Part shown: piece by piece, positions 15,298-24,629 of the stretch
Layout of the letters: the number at the start of each line of letters is the position of its first letter
How positions within the stretch are numbered: position 1 is the stretch's first letter
Virus record (IMG/VR): IMGVR_UViG_3300050139_000325
Location: 1-41,715 of that record
DNA length: 41,715 nt
From: a virus
Direction: 5' to 3' (one strand)
Made by a program: the position numbers and the translations under genes
The notes under the pieces: generated by a model
Databases searched by the model: none
The model's input: the letters and a program-made list of their open reading frames with translations, nothing else
What the model was told of the DNA's origin: nothing

Positions 15298-15675
15298 ATG
15301 AGCCTGATTTTAGACCATCCACGACAGGTAGCCCGACATTTCGGGCGGAACATCCGGACCATTCAGAGGTGGGTACTGGCCGGGATGCCGTGTTTGTCGG
15401 GCGGTTTATTCGATGTGGAAGAGATTGAGGCGTGGCTGGAGAAGAAGAAGCCGCTGGCCGAGCTGCAGGCCAAGCCCCGGGGACTTGAGTATCTGGCCCA
15501 GCCAGTGGCGGCGGAGGTGGAGGCGCTGTTCGGGGCCGGCGTCGGCGGGATCCGGCAAGGATTTAAAACCCTCTTCCGGGCCCTGTTGAGGGGGGGGTAT
15601 CGCGGGGAAGTGGCCCGCCAGGTCGCCCTGCAGGTGGTCATTAACCTGCTCTTGGAGGAACTAAGTGGCGTTTGA
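15298..15675 (+). CDS. Nu1-like HTH protein (small-terminase paralog 1)
   Basis: VARHFGRNIRTIQRWVLAGMPCLSGG closely parallels the lambda Nu1 N-terminal winged HTH (..FG.SIRTIQNWQEQGMPV..GG). Confidence 0.6.
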   Translation: MSLILDHPRQVARHFGRNIRTIQRWVLAGMPCLSGGLFDVEEIEAWLEKKKPLAELQAKPRGLEYLAQPVAAEVEALFGAGVGGIRQGFKTLFRALLRGGYRGEVARQVALQVVINLLLEELSGV

Positions 15676-16210
15676 GCCTCAAAAAGCGACGGAGGTTTAC
15701 GGCGTTGAGGCCGTGGCCAAGCATTTGGGGGTGACCGTGCGGACGGTGCAACTCTGGGTGAAGAAAGGCATGCCCAAATCCGGGAAGCGTTATGACCTGG
15801 TGGCCTGCGAACTCTGGCACCGGCAGGATCAAGAGCGGGCCGGGTCGGCCGAAGATCCCGACGCCGAAGCCCAAGAAGAGGGCGGCAGCAAGGCTTTTTG
15901 GACCCGGCGGGAGATTAAGGCCCGGGCCGAGACGAAGGAACTGGAGCTCAGGCAGCGCCAGGGGGAGTTGGTGGAGCTGGTGGAGGTGGAACAGCTCTTC
16001 GCAACCCGGGCGGCGGTTTATAAGCAAGCGGTCTTGGGCCTGGAGCCTTTTATCTTGGCTCTTTTGCCGGATGAGGATCGCCGGGTCAAGGCCGGAGAGG
16101 TGCGGCGGCGGTTGCGGGAGGCGGTGGAGAGTGTCACCCGGCCCTTGCCGGAGAAGTTCTCTATCGCTGAGTCAGTGGCGGATGCGGCAGCCCCGGAGCC
16201 CTGCCAATGA
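15665..16210 (+). CDS. Terminase small subunit, Nu1-like (181 aa)
   Basis: VAKHLGVTVRTVQLWVKKGMPKSG HTH plus a coiled-coil/acidic region. Same length class as lambda Nu1 and directly upstream of the GpA-type large subunit. GTG start with GGAGGA RBS. Confidence 0.7.
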   Translation: MAFEPQKATEVYGVEAVAKHLGVTVRTVQLWVKKGMPKSGKRYDLVACELWHRQDQERAGSAEDPDAEAQEEGGSKAFWTRREIKARAETKELELRQRQGELVELVEVEQLFATRAAVYKQAVLGLEPFILALLPDEDRRVKAGEVRRRLREAVESVTRPLPEKFSIAESVADAAAPEPCQ

Positions 16211-16250
16211 CCTAAAGAAAGGCAGGCACCCTTACTCGGGGAAGATTGAA

Positions 16251-18161
16251 ATGCTTGAACAAGCTCCCAAAATCTCCTGGTTCCGAGCCGAACTCGCCGT
16301 TCTGACGATGCCGGCTGATCTGACCGTCAGCGAGTGGGCTGCGGCGCATCGGGAGTTTCCCCGGGATGCCTCGTTTCCGGGGCGCTGGGACCCGCACAAG
16401 GCCCCCTATGCTACGGCGCCGATGGACGCCTTCACCTGTCCTGAGGTGGAGCGCATCACCCTGATGGGGGCGGCCAGGAGTGTCAAGACGGAGATCTGGC
16501 TTAACATGCTGGGCTATCTCATTTGTCAGGACCCCGGGCCGGTGCTGGTGGTGGGGCCGACGGAAAATAAAGTGAAGCGGATTTGCAAACGCATCACCAC
16601 GATGATCAAGGCCAGCCCTGAGCTGCGTCAATACCTGACCGGCAACCCCGACCATTTGCAAACCAAAGGCATCGTCTTGCAACACATGGAGATCATCTTC
16701 GCCACCGCCGGGAGCGCTTCCGACCTGGGCGAATTCGAGGCCCGCTTTGTTTTTATGACCGAAACGGACAAATACCCGCCCACCGCCGGGGGCTTCGGGT
16801 CACCCACGCAGATGGCGGAAATGCGGGCCCGGACCTTTTTCAATCGCAAGATCGTTACTGATTCGACACCGACAGACCCGGACGGCTTTATCCACCAGGA
16901 TTACCAGCGTTCGGATCGCCGCCAATATTGGGTGCCGTGCCCGGCCTGCGGCGGATACCAGGTCCTGGATTTCTTCCGGGTGAAGCATCGGGGCGAGAAG
17001 CGGATGGAGTGGCCCAAGGAACTACAGAGCCCGGAGTATATCAAACAAACCCGGCCGGCGGTCTATGAGTGCCGGTATTGCCAGGCGGAAATTGAGGCGC
17101 GCCAAAAAACGGGTATGCTGGCCCGGGGAGTCTGGGGATCGGAGAATGAGGAGCCGGATGGCAGCCGCCCGGCGGAGTTGCCGCACGCCTCCCATGAGGG
17201 GTACTGGTGGGGCGCCGAGATTTCGCCCTTCACCACCTGGACCGAAATGGCTGCTAAATTTTTCGAAGTCAAGCCAGACCGGGAACAGTTCAGGACCTTT
17301 TGGAATGAATGGCTGGGGCTGGCCTGGAAAGAGGTGGTGGAACAGCGGCAGGCCTCGGCGGTCCTGCAATTGCGCACCAACCGCCCGGCCCTGGTGGTCC
17401 CGGAGAACACCCTGGCCTTGACCGCCGGCATTGACAGCCAGAAGCGGGGGTTCTGGATAGTGATCCGGGCCTGGGTTTTGACCCTGGACGGCCTGCGGGA
17501 ATCGCATAAGATCCGCCATGGTTTTGTCGAGAGTTTCGGGGAGCTGGAGCGCTGGCTATTTGAGGACGTTTACCGGACGGAGCTGACCGTTTACCCGCAC
17601 CCGGTCTGGGCTGGGTTGATTGACACCGGCGGCGGCCTCATGGGCGAGGGCGAGGCCACCCTGACCACGCAGGTCTATGATTGGCTGCGGCGTTCCGGCC
17701 GGGGGCGGATCTTCGGTTCCAAGGGCTCTTCCAAGCCGCTGCACGGAGTCCTGGCGGTTAAAAAAGCCCTCGAACATTATCCGAGCGGCAAGGCCATCCC
17801 CGGGGGGTTGGTGCTTTGGCGGCTGGACACCTTTGAGATTAAGGAACGGCTCTGGGCCCTGGTAAAAAACGGCCGTTTCCATTTGGACGCCGACACCGAT
17901 GCGGAGTATGCCACCCACCTGGCCGCAGAGGTCAAGGAACGTGATAAGCGGGGAAAATATATCTATTCGGTGCAGCACCAGCGGGCCAACCATCTGCTGG
18001 ACTGTGAGATCATGGCCATGGCCGCGGCGGAGGCTTTCAATGTCTGGCTGCTGCCGCGGCCGCAGGCAGCCCGGCCGCAGGCAGCCAAGGCCGGGGCTGG
18101 GGGTGTAGGTGGGGTCAATAAATTTACCGGACAAGAGCCGGGTGGGTTTTTAAATCGATAG
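16251..18161 (+). CDS. Terminase large subunit, GpA (lambda) family
   Basis: From ATG 16251: LTVSEWAAAHREFP...GRWDPHKAPYATAPMDAF...ITLMGAARSVKTE (Walker A-like), a CPACGGYQ...CRYC zinc module, and the nuclease half. Typical of GpA-type terminases. Confidence 0.88.
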   Translation: MLEQAPKISWFRAELAVLTMPADLTVSEWAAAHREFPRDASFPGRWDPHKAPYATAPMDAFTCPEVERITLMGAARSVKTEIWLNMLGYLICQDPGPVLVVGPTENKVKRICKRITTMIKASPELRQYLTGNPDHLQTKGIVLQHMEIIFATAGSASDLGEFEARFVFMTETDKYPPTAGGFGSPTQMAEMRARTFFNRKIVTDSTPTDPDGFIHQDYQRSDRRQYWVPCPACGGYQVLDFFRVKHRGEKRMEWPKELQSPEYIKQTRPAVYECRYCQAEIEARQKTGMLARGVWGSENEEPDGSRPAELPHASHEGYWWGAEISPFTTWTEMAAKFFEVKPDREQFRTFWNEWLGLAWKEVVEQRQASAVLQLRTNRPALVVPENTLALTAGIDSQKRGFWIVIRAWVLTLDGLRESHKIRHGFVESFGELERWLFEDVYRTELTVYPHPVWAGLIDTGGGLMGEGEATLTTQVYDWLRRSGRGRIFGSKGSSKPLHGVLAVKKALEHYPSGKAIPGGLVLWRLDTFEIKERLWALVKNGRFHLDADTDAEYATHLAAEVKERDKRGKYIYSVQHQRANHLLDCEIMAMAAAEAFNVWLLPRPQAARPQAAKAGAGGVGGVNKFTGQEPGGFLNR

Positions 18162-18169
18162 GAGGGGGC

Positions 18170-18367
18170 GTGCAATTCAAATTTTATTACAGTCGTATAT
18201 TCGGATGTTTTACTGTTTATCTCGATTTTCCTGATCATTTTGAAGCAACCACCATATGTAATCCTAAAGTATTGGCATCAAGGGCATTTAAGCTTGGCTT
18301 CAATAAAAATGGCGTTTTGTTTACGATTCAACCTTACCAGATTTATCCTGGCGCTTATTGGAATTGA
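18170..18367 (+). CDS. AT-rich 65-aa ORF (tentative moron gene)
   Basis: GTG start 4 nt after GGAGG (18161-18165). Lies in an AT-rich insert between the terminase and portal genes. Confidence 0.3.
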   Translation: MQFKFYYSRIFGCFTVYLDFPDHFEATTICNPKVLASRAFKLGFNKNGVLFTIQPYQIYPGAYWN

Positions 18368-18386
18368 CAGGGGAAGGGGAAAAAGA

Positions 18387-18578
18387 ATGAGCGGCCTTTT
18401 GCAGATTCGACGGGTGGCGGAATTATTGGATTGCACAGAGCGCCATGTCCGGGTGCTGATTCATCAGGGAGAATTGGCGGGGGTAGAATTGGGGCCGCGG
18501 TCCTGGCGGGTAACTAAAAAATCTCTGGAACAATTTTTGAGTAAGCACCGGATTGACCCCCTGAAATTCGACGCCTAA
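18387..18578 (+). CDS. Excisionase/MerR-type HTH (HTH_17-like) small DNA-binding protein (63 aa)
   Basis: LLQIRRVAELLDCTERHVRVLIHQGELAGVELGPRSWRVTKKSLEQFL matches the Xis/AlpA-type winged-helix pattern. RBS GGGGAAGGGG upstream. Confidence 0.65.
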   Translation: MSGLLQIRRVAELLDCTERHVRVLIHQGELAGVELGPRSWRVTKKSLEQFLSKHRIDPLKFDA

Positions 18579-18624
18579 AAAAAAATTACGCCGAAATCAT
18601 TTTATCGGAATCTTGTGACTTCTT

Positions 18625-18647
18625 GTGCCTTTAAGGCACTTTTTTTT
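18625..18647 (+). terminator. Rho-independent terminator closing the moron
   Basis: GTGCC-TTTAA-GGCAC followed by T8. Confidence 0.75.
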
Positions 18648-18675
18648 GTCCTGGTTCCAGGGCATTCTTAAAACC

Positions 18676-18927
18676 ATGCCCGTTTATTCCAAAACTCAAC
18701 TCCTATCTATGATCGCGGCCCTGGACGCCGAAATCGCCAAGACGGAACCGGATCAGGCTCATGTTTCCGGCGGCCCGGCCCAGGGATCGCATTCCCAGCG
18801 GGGGGCTCTGGAAGCCAAGTACAAGGAACGGGAGCGTCTCTGCAAAGAATATGAGCGCCTGGAGCTGCGGGAGCAAGGCGGCGGCGTGCGGCTGGCGGTC
18901 TTCCCGGATTGGGGAGGGCGGCGATGA
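18676..18927 (+). CDS. gpW-like head-completion protein (by position)
   Basis: 83-aa helical protein between terminase and portal, as lambda W is. Its stop overlaps the portal ATG (ATGA). Confidence 0.45.
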   Translation: MPVYSKTQLLSMIAALDAEIAKTEPDQAHVSGGPAQGSHSQRGALEAKYKERERLCKEYERLELREQGGGVRLAVFPDWGGRR

Positions 18928-20513
18928 GCCAGGCCGAGGAACGCCAGGTGAAGGCGAATTTTTTAGACCGGGCCATCGCCTATGTGGCCCCGGGCCTGGC
19001 CGCCCGGCGTCTGGCCAGCCGGGTGCAATTCGACGTCTATTCGGAGTTCAAAGGGGCGGAAATTTCCCGGCTGCGGGCCGGTTGGGCCTTGGGGCGCACC
19101 AATACCACGCCCATGCCCTATTCCTTGCAGATGTTACGCAACCGCTCCAGGGATTTGAACCGCAATGATCCGGTAGCACGCAGCGCCACCGATACCATGG
19201 GCCTCAACATTGTGGGCCGGGGGCTGCGGCCGCAATCCCGGCTGCGAGCCGACCGTCTGGGGATTTCGCAAGATAAGGCCCGCGTCCTGCAGCGCCAGGT
19301 GGAGGCGATTTTTGAAAGTTGGGCTCCTTTTGCCGATTCGGGTAATCGCCTCAATTTCGATGAGCTGCAGTTTCTGGCCCTGCGTAAGATCCTGGAGGAC
19401 GGCGAAGTCCTGGCGTTGCCGGTGAGGCCCAAAGAATTATGGCGCCCCTTAGGTTGGGCGGTGGAACTGTTGGAGACCGACCGCCTGGTTTCTTGGGGGG
19501 CCAAGACCACCACCGGCAATATGAGCGGCGTCGAGGTGGGCCAGCGAGGCGAGCCTCTACGCTACTGGATTTCCCCGGTTGATTATCAGAACCAAGTCGG
19601 GGGAGCCTATAATCTGCTGCCGCCGGTGCCCGTCGAAGCCCGGGACCCCTTTGGGCGCCCCAAAGTCCTGCACCTCTTCCGGGCCGAACGGCCCGGCCAG
19701 CTCCGCGGTATTCCGTTTTTTGCGCCGGTGGTCAATTATTTCAAGGACCTGGCCGATTACCTGGAGGCCGAAGTAGTGGCCGCCAAGGTGGCTGCCTGCC
19801 TGGCCGTGTTTATTTCCAAACAGGACCCGCTGCTCGGAGCACCCCCGCCGCTTCCAGGCACTGGCAATGGCCAAGGAGGCAACGCAAACCAACGCTATGA
19901 GACCTTGGACCCCGGCACCATCATGTATGGGCAGTTGGGGGAAAAGGCCGAAATGATCGACTTCAAACGGGCCTTGAATTTCTCCTCCTTTGTGGACCAG
20001 GTGATGCGGGTTATCGGCATGGCCCTGGGCTTGCCCTACGAATTATTGGTCAAGGATTTCAGCAAGACCAATTATTCCAGCGCCCGGGCGTCCCTCCTGG
20101 AAGCCCGCCGCATGTTCACGACTATGCGGTATTGGTTTGCCGCCAAATTTTGCCAGCCGTTCTGGGAACTCCTCCTGGAGGAGGCTTATCTGGACGGCCT
20201 CTTTGCAGTGCCCAATTTCTATAAATTCCGCGCCGAATATTGCCGCTGCGCCTGGGTAGGGGGCGCCTGGGGGTGGGTTGATCCCATCAAGGAGAAAGAG
20301 GCGGCCAAGCTGGGCATTGATTGGGGCCTCGATACCTACGCCTCGGTGGCCTCCGAGCAAGGTGAGGATTGGGAAGAACTGCTGATGCAGCGGGCTCTGG
20401 AAGAAGAATTTATCAGTGAATTGGGCCTGGTGATCCCCCAGGCCCGGGCGAAACAGGTAGCTCAGGCCGAAACGGCCCCGGCCCCGGATCAACCGGGGGG
20501 AGGACAACAATAA
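18924..20513 (+). CDS. Portal protein, lambda (gpB) family
   Basis: ~530 aa. LNRNDPVARSATDTMGLNIVGRGLRPQS and the WFAAKFCQPFWE region are typical of Phage_portal_2. Position is after the terminase. Confidence 0.85.
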   Translation: MSQAEERQVKANFLDRAIAYVAPGLAARRLASRVQFDVYSEFKGAEISRLRAGWALGRTNTTPMPYSLQMLRNRSRDLNRNDPVARSATDTMGLNIVGRGLRPQSRLRADRLGISQDKARVLQRQVEAIFESWAPFADSGNRLNFDELQFLALRKILEDGEVLALPVRPKELWRPLGWAVELLETDRLVSWGAKTTTGNMSGVEVGQRGEPLRYWISPVDYQNQVGGAYNLLPPVPVEARDPFGRPKVLHLFRAERPGQLRGIPFFAPVVNYFKDLADYLEAEVVAAKVAACLAVFISKQDPLLGAPPPLPGTGNGQGGNANQRYETLDPGTIMYGQLGEKAEMIDFKRALNFSSFVDQVMRVIGMALGLPYELLVKDFSKTNYSSARASLLEARRMFTTMRYWFAAKFCQPFWELLLEEAYLDGLFAVPNFYKFRAEYCRCAWVGGAWGWVDPIKEKEAAKLGIDWGLDTYASVASEQGEDWEELLMQRALEEEFISELGLVIPQARAKQVAQAETAPAPDQPGGGQQ

Positions 20514-22204
20514 TGCCAGCTTTTGCGATTCATCATACGGCCACGGTCGATAAACCCTGGGATGGGGGGGCCGCTGAAAAGCAGGTCAAGAGCGGTGAAA
20601 AGCGGGAATATTACCGCCTGATTTACGGTTGGTATGACCCTAAAGGCAAGGAAGGGGTGAAGGGCACCTACAAATTTCCGCACCATGAAGTGGCGGCGGA
20701 CGGCACCCCGGGGCCGGCCAATATCAATGCCTGCAGTTCGGCCATCGGGGTCTTGAACGGCGGTATGGGCGGAGCCGATATTCCGGCGGCGGACCGGGCG
20801 GCGGTGCACGCCCACCTGGCCCTCCACCTGAAGGACGCCAAAAAAGAAGCGCCGCCCCTGAAAGGCTCGGGTGCTGAAGATTACCCACTGGTGTTTGGCA
20901 GCTTCCAAGATCAAATTTGGGCGATCAGCCCGGGCAAACTGGAAGAGATCACGGCCCTGGTTGAGAGTTTTTTGGCGGGTGATCGCCCCCAAATTATCGA
21001 GGCTGCTTTGACCCGCAAAAGTGCCGCGCCCGAAGAACCGGCTTATCAGATGATGGGCCAGGGCGTCGCCATGGTCCCGATCATGGGCACTCTGATGAAG
21101 CGGATGAATCTGCTCGACCAGATGTCCGGGGGCACCAGTTACGACAAGATCGGCCAGGGTCTGAAAGCGGCCTTGGCAGACCCCAACGTGGCCGCCATTC
21201 TCCTGAACATCGATTCTCCCGGGGGCACGGTGGACGGCGCCAAGAGCGTTGCCGACCAGATTCACGCCGCCCGGGGCGTCAAGCCCATCGTGGCCCATAG
21301 CGACGGCCAGATGGCCAGTGCCGCCTATTGGCTGGGTTCGGCGGCTGACCGGGTGATGGCCAGCGATACCGCCATGGTGGGGAGCATCGGAGTAGCCGGG
21401 ACCCATTTTGACCGCTCCGGGGAAGACGCCCAGAAGGGGGTTAAACGCACCATCATCTCATCCGGCAAATATAAGCGCATCGCCAGCGATACCGAACCGT
21501 TGTCACCGGAAGGTCAGGATTATCTCCAGCAGTTGTCGGACACCTATTATGGGCTTTTCCTCGGTTCGATAGCCCAGCACCGGGGGCTGAACGCGGAGAC
21601 GGTGCACACCCAGATGGGCGACGGCCGTACTTTCATCGGCAAACAGGCCCAGGACGCCGGCCTGGTGGATAAGATTGGCACCCTGGACGCGGCGGTGGCC
21701 CTGGCCGCTGAGATGGGCCGGGTAAAAAAAATGGGGCAAACCCAAGGAGGAAGCAGGATGGATAAACTAACATTGCAAGCGCAACACCCAGAGGTCTATG
21801 GCGAGCTCCTGGCCGAGGGCGAAGCCCAGGAGCGGGCTCGGGTGGTGAAGATCCTCCAGGCCGGCGCCGAAAGTGCGCCTGTACTGGCGACCATCGGACC
21901 GGAGTGGGCGGCCACAGTGGCGGTTTTCGAGTCCTTCTTCAAGGCCTCGAAAGAGGCCCAGGCCAGCAGCGCCGCTGAGATCGAAACCCTGAAGGGCCAG
22001 ATCAAAGAGAAGATGGAAGCCGGCGCCACCAAGCCTAAGGGGCAGTCGTCGCCCAGCGAGGGTGACTGCTTTGAGGCAAAGGTTGAGGCATTCCTGGTCG
22101 GCGGCGAAGCCAAGACCCGCACGGCGGCCATTCGCCTGGCGGTGGAGAAATTCCCGGAATTGCACCAGGAATATCAGACCCGCATGAATCAACCCAAAAA
22201 ATAA
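20513..22204 (+). CDS. Prohead protease (S49/ClpP-like, gpC-type) fused to a scaffold-like C-terminus
   Basis: ILLNIDSPGGTVDGA and SDGQMASAAYWLGSAADRVMASDTAMVGSIGV match SppA/S49 peptidase motifs. The C-terminus is a helical Ala/Glu-rich tail. Confidence 0.85.
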   Translation: MPAFAIHHTATVDKPWDGGAAEKQVKSGEKREYYRLIYGWYDPKGKEGVKGTYKFPHHEVAADGTPGPANINACSSAIGVLNGGMGGADIPAADRAAVHAHLALHLKDAKKEAPPLKGSGAEDYPLVFGSFQDQIWAISPGKLEEITALVESFLAGDRPQIIEAALTRKSAAPEEPAYQMMGQGVAMVPIMGTLMKRMNLLDQMSGGTSYDKIGQGLKAALADPNVAAILLNIDSPGGTVDGAKSVADQIHAARGVKPIVAHSDGQMASAAYWLGSAADRVMASDTAMVGSIGVAGTHFDRSGEDAQKGVKRTIISSGKYKRIASDTEPLSPEGQDYLQQLSDTYYGLFLGSIAQHRGLNAETVHTQMGDGRTFIGKQAQDAGLVDKIGTLDAAVALAAEMGRVKKMGQTQGGSRMDKLTLQAQHPEVYGELLAEGEAQERARVVKILQAGAESAPVLATIGPEWAATVAVFESFFKASKEAQASSAAEIETLKGQIKEKMEAGATKPKGQSSPSEGDCFEAKVEAFLVGGEAKTRTAAIRLAVEKFPELHQEYQTRMNQPKK

Positions 22205-22242
22205 GGCCCCCGGGCCGAAGCGGATCGAAGGAGGTAGGGAAG

Positions 22243-22959
22243 ATGTCTTGGAATGATTTTGAACTGACTTTTCTGGCCGGTGCAGCCCTGGAGCCGAAAC
22301 GCCGGGTGAAATTCAAATCCGGTACCACCACGCAGCCCCCGGAAGTGGAATATGCCGGGGCCGGCGAGGCGGGCATCGGTATCACCCAGATCCGGGCTGC
22401 CCAAGGCGATCCGGTATCGGTGGCCATTTGGAACAACGGCGCCACCCATGAGGTCGAGGCCGGCGCCCCCATCACCCTGACCGCCCTGGTCTACGGCGCC
22501 GCCAACGGCAAGGTGAGCGCCACCCCGGCCGGGCCGGCTCTGGGCTATGCCAATATCGGCGCCAGCGGCGACGGCTCCATCATCGAACTGATGCCCGACG
22601 CCTATGCCGGGGATGTGTCGGTGGCGGAGCTGCCGGCCGGAAGCGTGATCAACGCCTCTCCGGCGAAGACCACGCCGGTCGATGCCGACATGACGGCCCT
22701 GATGGACAGTGCCGATGCCAACGCCCTGAAAAAATTGTCCTGGGCCAACATCAAGGCGACGCTCAAGTCCTATTTCGACGGGCTCTACCAGGCCCTCCTG
22801 GCCCAACGGTCCGGCGCCTCACAGGTGGCCGTGGCCACGACTGGAAGCGCCTTGACTTCCTACGGCTTTACCCAGGCCCAGGCGGACGCCATCCCGGTGC
22901 AACTGGCCGAGGTCCGGGCCACCCTGGTGGCCATGGGGGTCTGGAAAGGCTCGGCCTAA
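22243..22959 (+). CDS. Head decoration protein (DUF2190/gpD-like N-domain) with an extended C-terminal region
   Basis: N-terminal ~115 aa (LAGAALEPKRRVKF...GIGITQ...GDPVSVAIWNNGATHEVEAGAPIT...LVYGAANGKVS) fits the DUF2190 pattern. Positioned between the protease and the MCP. Confidence 0.65.
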   Translation: MSWNDFELTFLAGAALEPKRRVKFKSGTTTQPPEVEYAGAGEAGIGITQIRAAQGDPVSVAIWNNGATHEVEAGAPITLTALVYGAANGKVSATPAGPALGYANIGASGDGSIIELMPDAYAGDVSVAELPAGSVINASPAKTTPVDADMTALMDSADANALKKLSWANIKATLKSYFDGLYQALLAQRSGASQVAVATTGSALTSYGFTQAQADAIPVQLAEVRATLVAMGVWKGSA

Positions 22960-23004
22960 TTCAGGCCGCAACCCGAAACTTTATTTCTCTGGAGGATATG
23001 AATC

Positions 23005-23976
23005 ATGCCAGCGCCCGGAGTTGATGTCATTCTGAAACCGGAATTGGCCGCCATCGCCTATGAGTATGCGATGGCCGCGGACCAGCGGGGCTTCATCGCC
23101 CAGCAGCTCCTGCCAATCTTTGAGGTGCCTTTGCAAAGCGCCCAATACCCTTACATCCCCATCGAGGCCATGCTGAAAGTGCGCAAGACCCTCCGGGCCC
23201 CCCGGAGCGGTTATAGCCGCAGCGACTGGCAGTTCGAGATGAAGAACTACGCCTGCCAGGACCGGGGCCTGGAAGAGCCGCTGGACGACACCGAGCGCAA
23301 GCTCTACATGCGCTTCTTCGACGCCGAGGTGGTCACCGTGCAGCGGAACATCAACGGCATGTTGATGGAGAAGGAGGCCCGGGTGGCCGCCATGCTCTGC
23401 GACCCCGACAATATCCCCCAGAATGGTGACGTGTCCGTGGCCTGGACCGATCTGGAGAACTGCGATCCCCGTAAAGACGTGATGGCGGCCAGGCAGCTCA
23501 TGCGCCTGGGCTCGGGGATCCGACCCAACGTCCTGACCGTCAATGAGGCGAATTTCCTCAACATGATCCAGTGCAAGAAGCTCAATGAGCGCCTGCAGTA
23601 TACCCAGCCCATTGAGTTGCAGTCGATGGAAAACCAGCGCCGGATTCTGGCCCAGTATCTGGGTCTGAATGATGTGTTCGTAGCCGGGGCCCTGGAAGAT
23701 ACGGCCGATAAAGGCCAGCCCCATGACCTGGCGGAGATCTGGCCTGCCGACTTTGCGCTGCTGGCCTTTGTCTCCTCCGGCACCCAGGATCTGCGGGAAC
23801 CATGCCTGGGTCGCAGCTTTCTGTGGACCGAAGACAGCCCCCAGGAACTGATCACCGAGGCTTACCGGGATGAATCCAAGCGGAGCTGGATCTACCGGGT
23901 CCGGCATAACATCGGCGAAAACTTCGTCTTCCAAGGCGCCGCGTATCTGTTCACCGCGGTTACGACCAAAACTTGA
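23005..23976 (+). CDS. Major capsid protein, gpE (lambda) family
   Basis: 323 aa at the lambda E position. Features such as LLPIFEVPLQSAQYPYIP and NYACQDRGLEEPLDD resemble the Phage_cap_E family. Confidence 0.8.
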   Translation: MPAPGVDVILKPELAAIAYEYAMAADQRGFIAQQLLPIFEVPLQSAQYPYIPIEAMLKVRKTLRAPRSGYSRSDWQFEMKNYACQDRGLEEPLDDTERKLYMRFFDAEVVTVQRNINGMLMEKEARVAAMLCDPDNIPQNGDVSVAWTDLENCDPRKDVMAARQLMRLGSGIRPNVLTVNEANFLNMIQCKKLNERLQYTQPIELQSMENQRRILAQYLGLNDVFVAGALEDTADKGQPHDLAEIWPADFALLAFVSSGTQDLREPCLGRSFLWTEDSPQELITEAYRDESKRSWIYRVRHNIGENFVFQGAAYLFTAVTTKT

Positions 23977-23978
23977 AG

Positions 23979-24033
23979 CAGTAGCCAGTAGCCAGTAGTC
24001 AGTAGTCAGTAAAGGCAAAAGCAAAAGCAAAAG
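23979..24033. repeat. Two adjacent microsatellites in the MCP-neck intergenic region
   Basis: (CAGTAGC/CAGTAGT) 7-mer x ~4.6 at 23979-24011, and GCAAAA x3 at 24015-24033. Confidence 0.85.
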
Positions 24034-24041
24034 GCAAGTTA

Positions 24042-24629
24042 ATGGCCGAGAAAGATCCCATTGCCACGCTGGATAAGCTGGCGCATCTCCTGGACAAGCG
24101 GGTGGGGGATATCCTCTGGGATAACCTCACCCGGGTCCGGGACAAGCTGCGGGCCGAGGAGCCGCTTCATAAGCGGACCCGAGGCATGCCCTATGTGCGC
24201 CGGCCTATCCAGTTGCAGGGGAATCTCATCGAGGCCGGTCTCTATGCGCCGCCAGCCTGGGCGGCGGCGCATATCGGCGTCGGGCAAACCACCATCACCC
24301 CCCATGGTCACGGTTTCCTGGCTATCCCGACGGATTTTGTCAAGCTGGTGGCCGGTCACCCGGTGGGGCCGAAGCAATATAGCGGCTTGAAGATCTTCGG
24401 TGGCATCATGTGGGGAGTGGCAGGCTGGGGCGGCGCCGGGACCGGCGGCGGCATCCGGCAGCGCCGGGCGGCGGGTGAAAAGATGGGTAAGCAGACGCTC
24501 ATCCCGCTCTTCATCCTGAAAGGCTCGGTGGTCATCAAAAAGCGGATCGATCCGGGCCAGTTGATCGCCTGGATCAAACCGCAGTTTTTTGCCGACCTGA
24601 AAAAATCCTGTTTGCTGGATCAGCTATGA
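24042..24629 (+). CDS. Putative head-tail connector/neck protein (195 aa)
   Basis: Assigned by position after the MCP. Gly/Trp-rich internal loop. No firm family assignment. Confidence 0.45.
   Translation: MAEKDPIATLDKLAHLLDKRVGDILWDNLTRVRDKLRAEEPLHKRTRGMPYVRRPIQLQGNLIEAGLYAPPAWAAAHIGVGQTTITPHGHGFLAIPTDFVKLVAGHPVGPKQYSGLKIFGGIMWGVAGWGGAGTGGGIRQRRAAGEKMGKQTLIPLFILKGSVVIKKRIDPGQLIAWIKPQFFADLKKSCLLDQL

Noticed and set aside
15792-16250. N-terminal 153-aa extension of the 789-aa ORF containing the large terminase
   Set aside because: The extension overlaps the Nu1-like gene in another frame and is Arg/Pro/Trp/Ser-rich, a GC-frame artefact. GpA homology begins just after ATG 16251, which has its own purine-rich (GGGGAAG) RBS-like stretch.
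23979-24033. Possible CRISPR or other spacer-repeat array
   Set aside because: The units are 6-7 nt with no spacers, so these are simple microsatellites. No CRISPR-like array was seen anywhere in the window.
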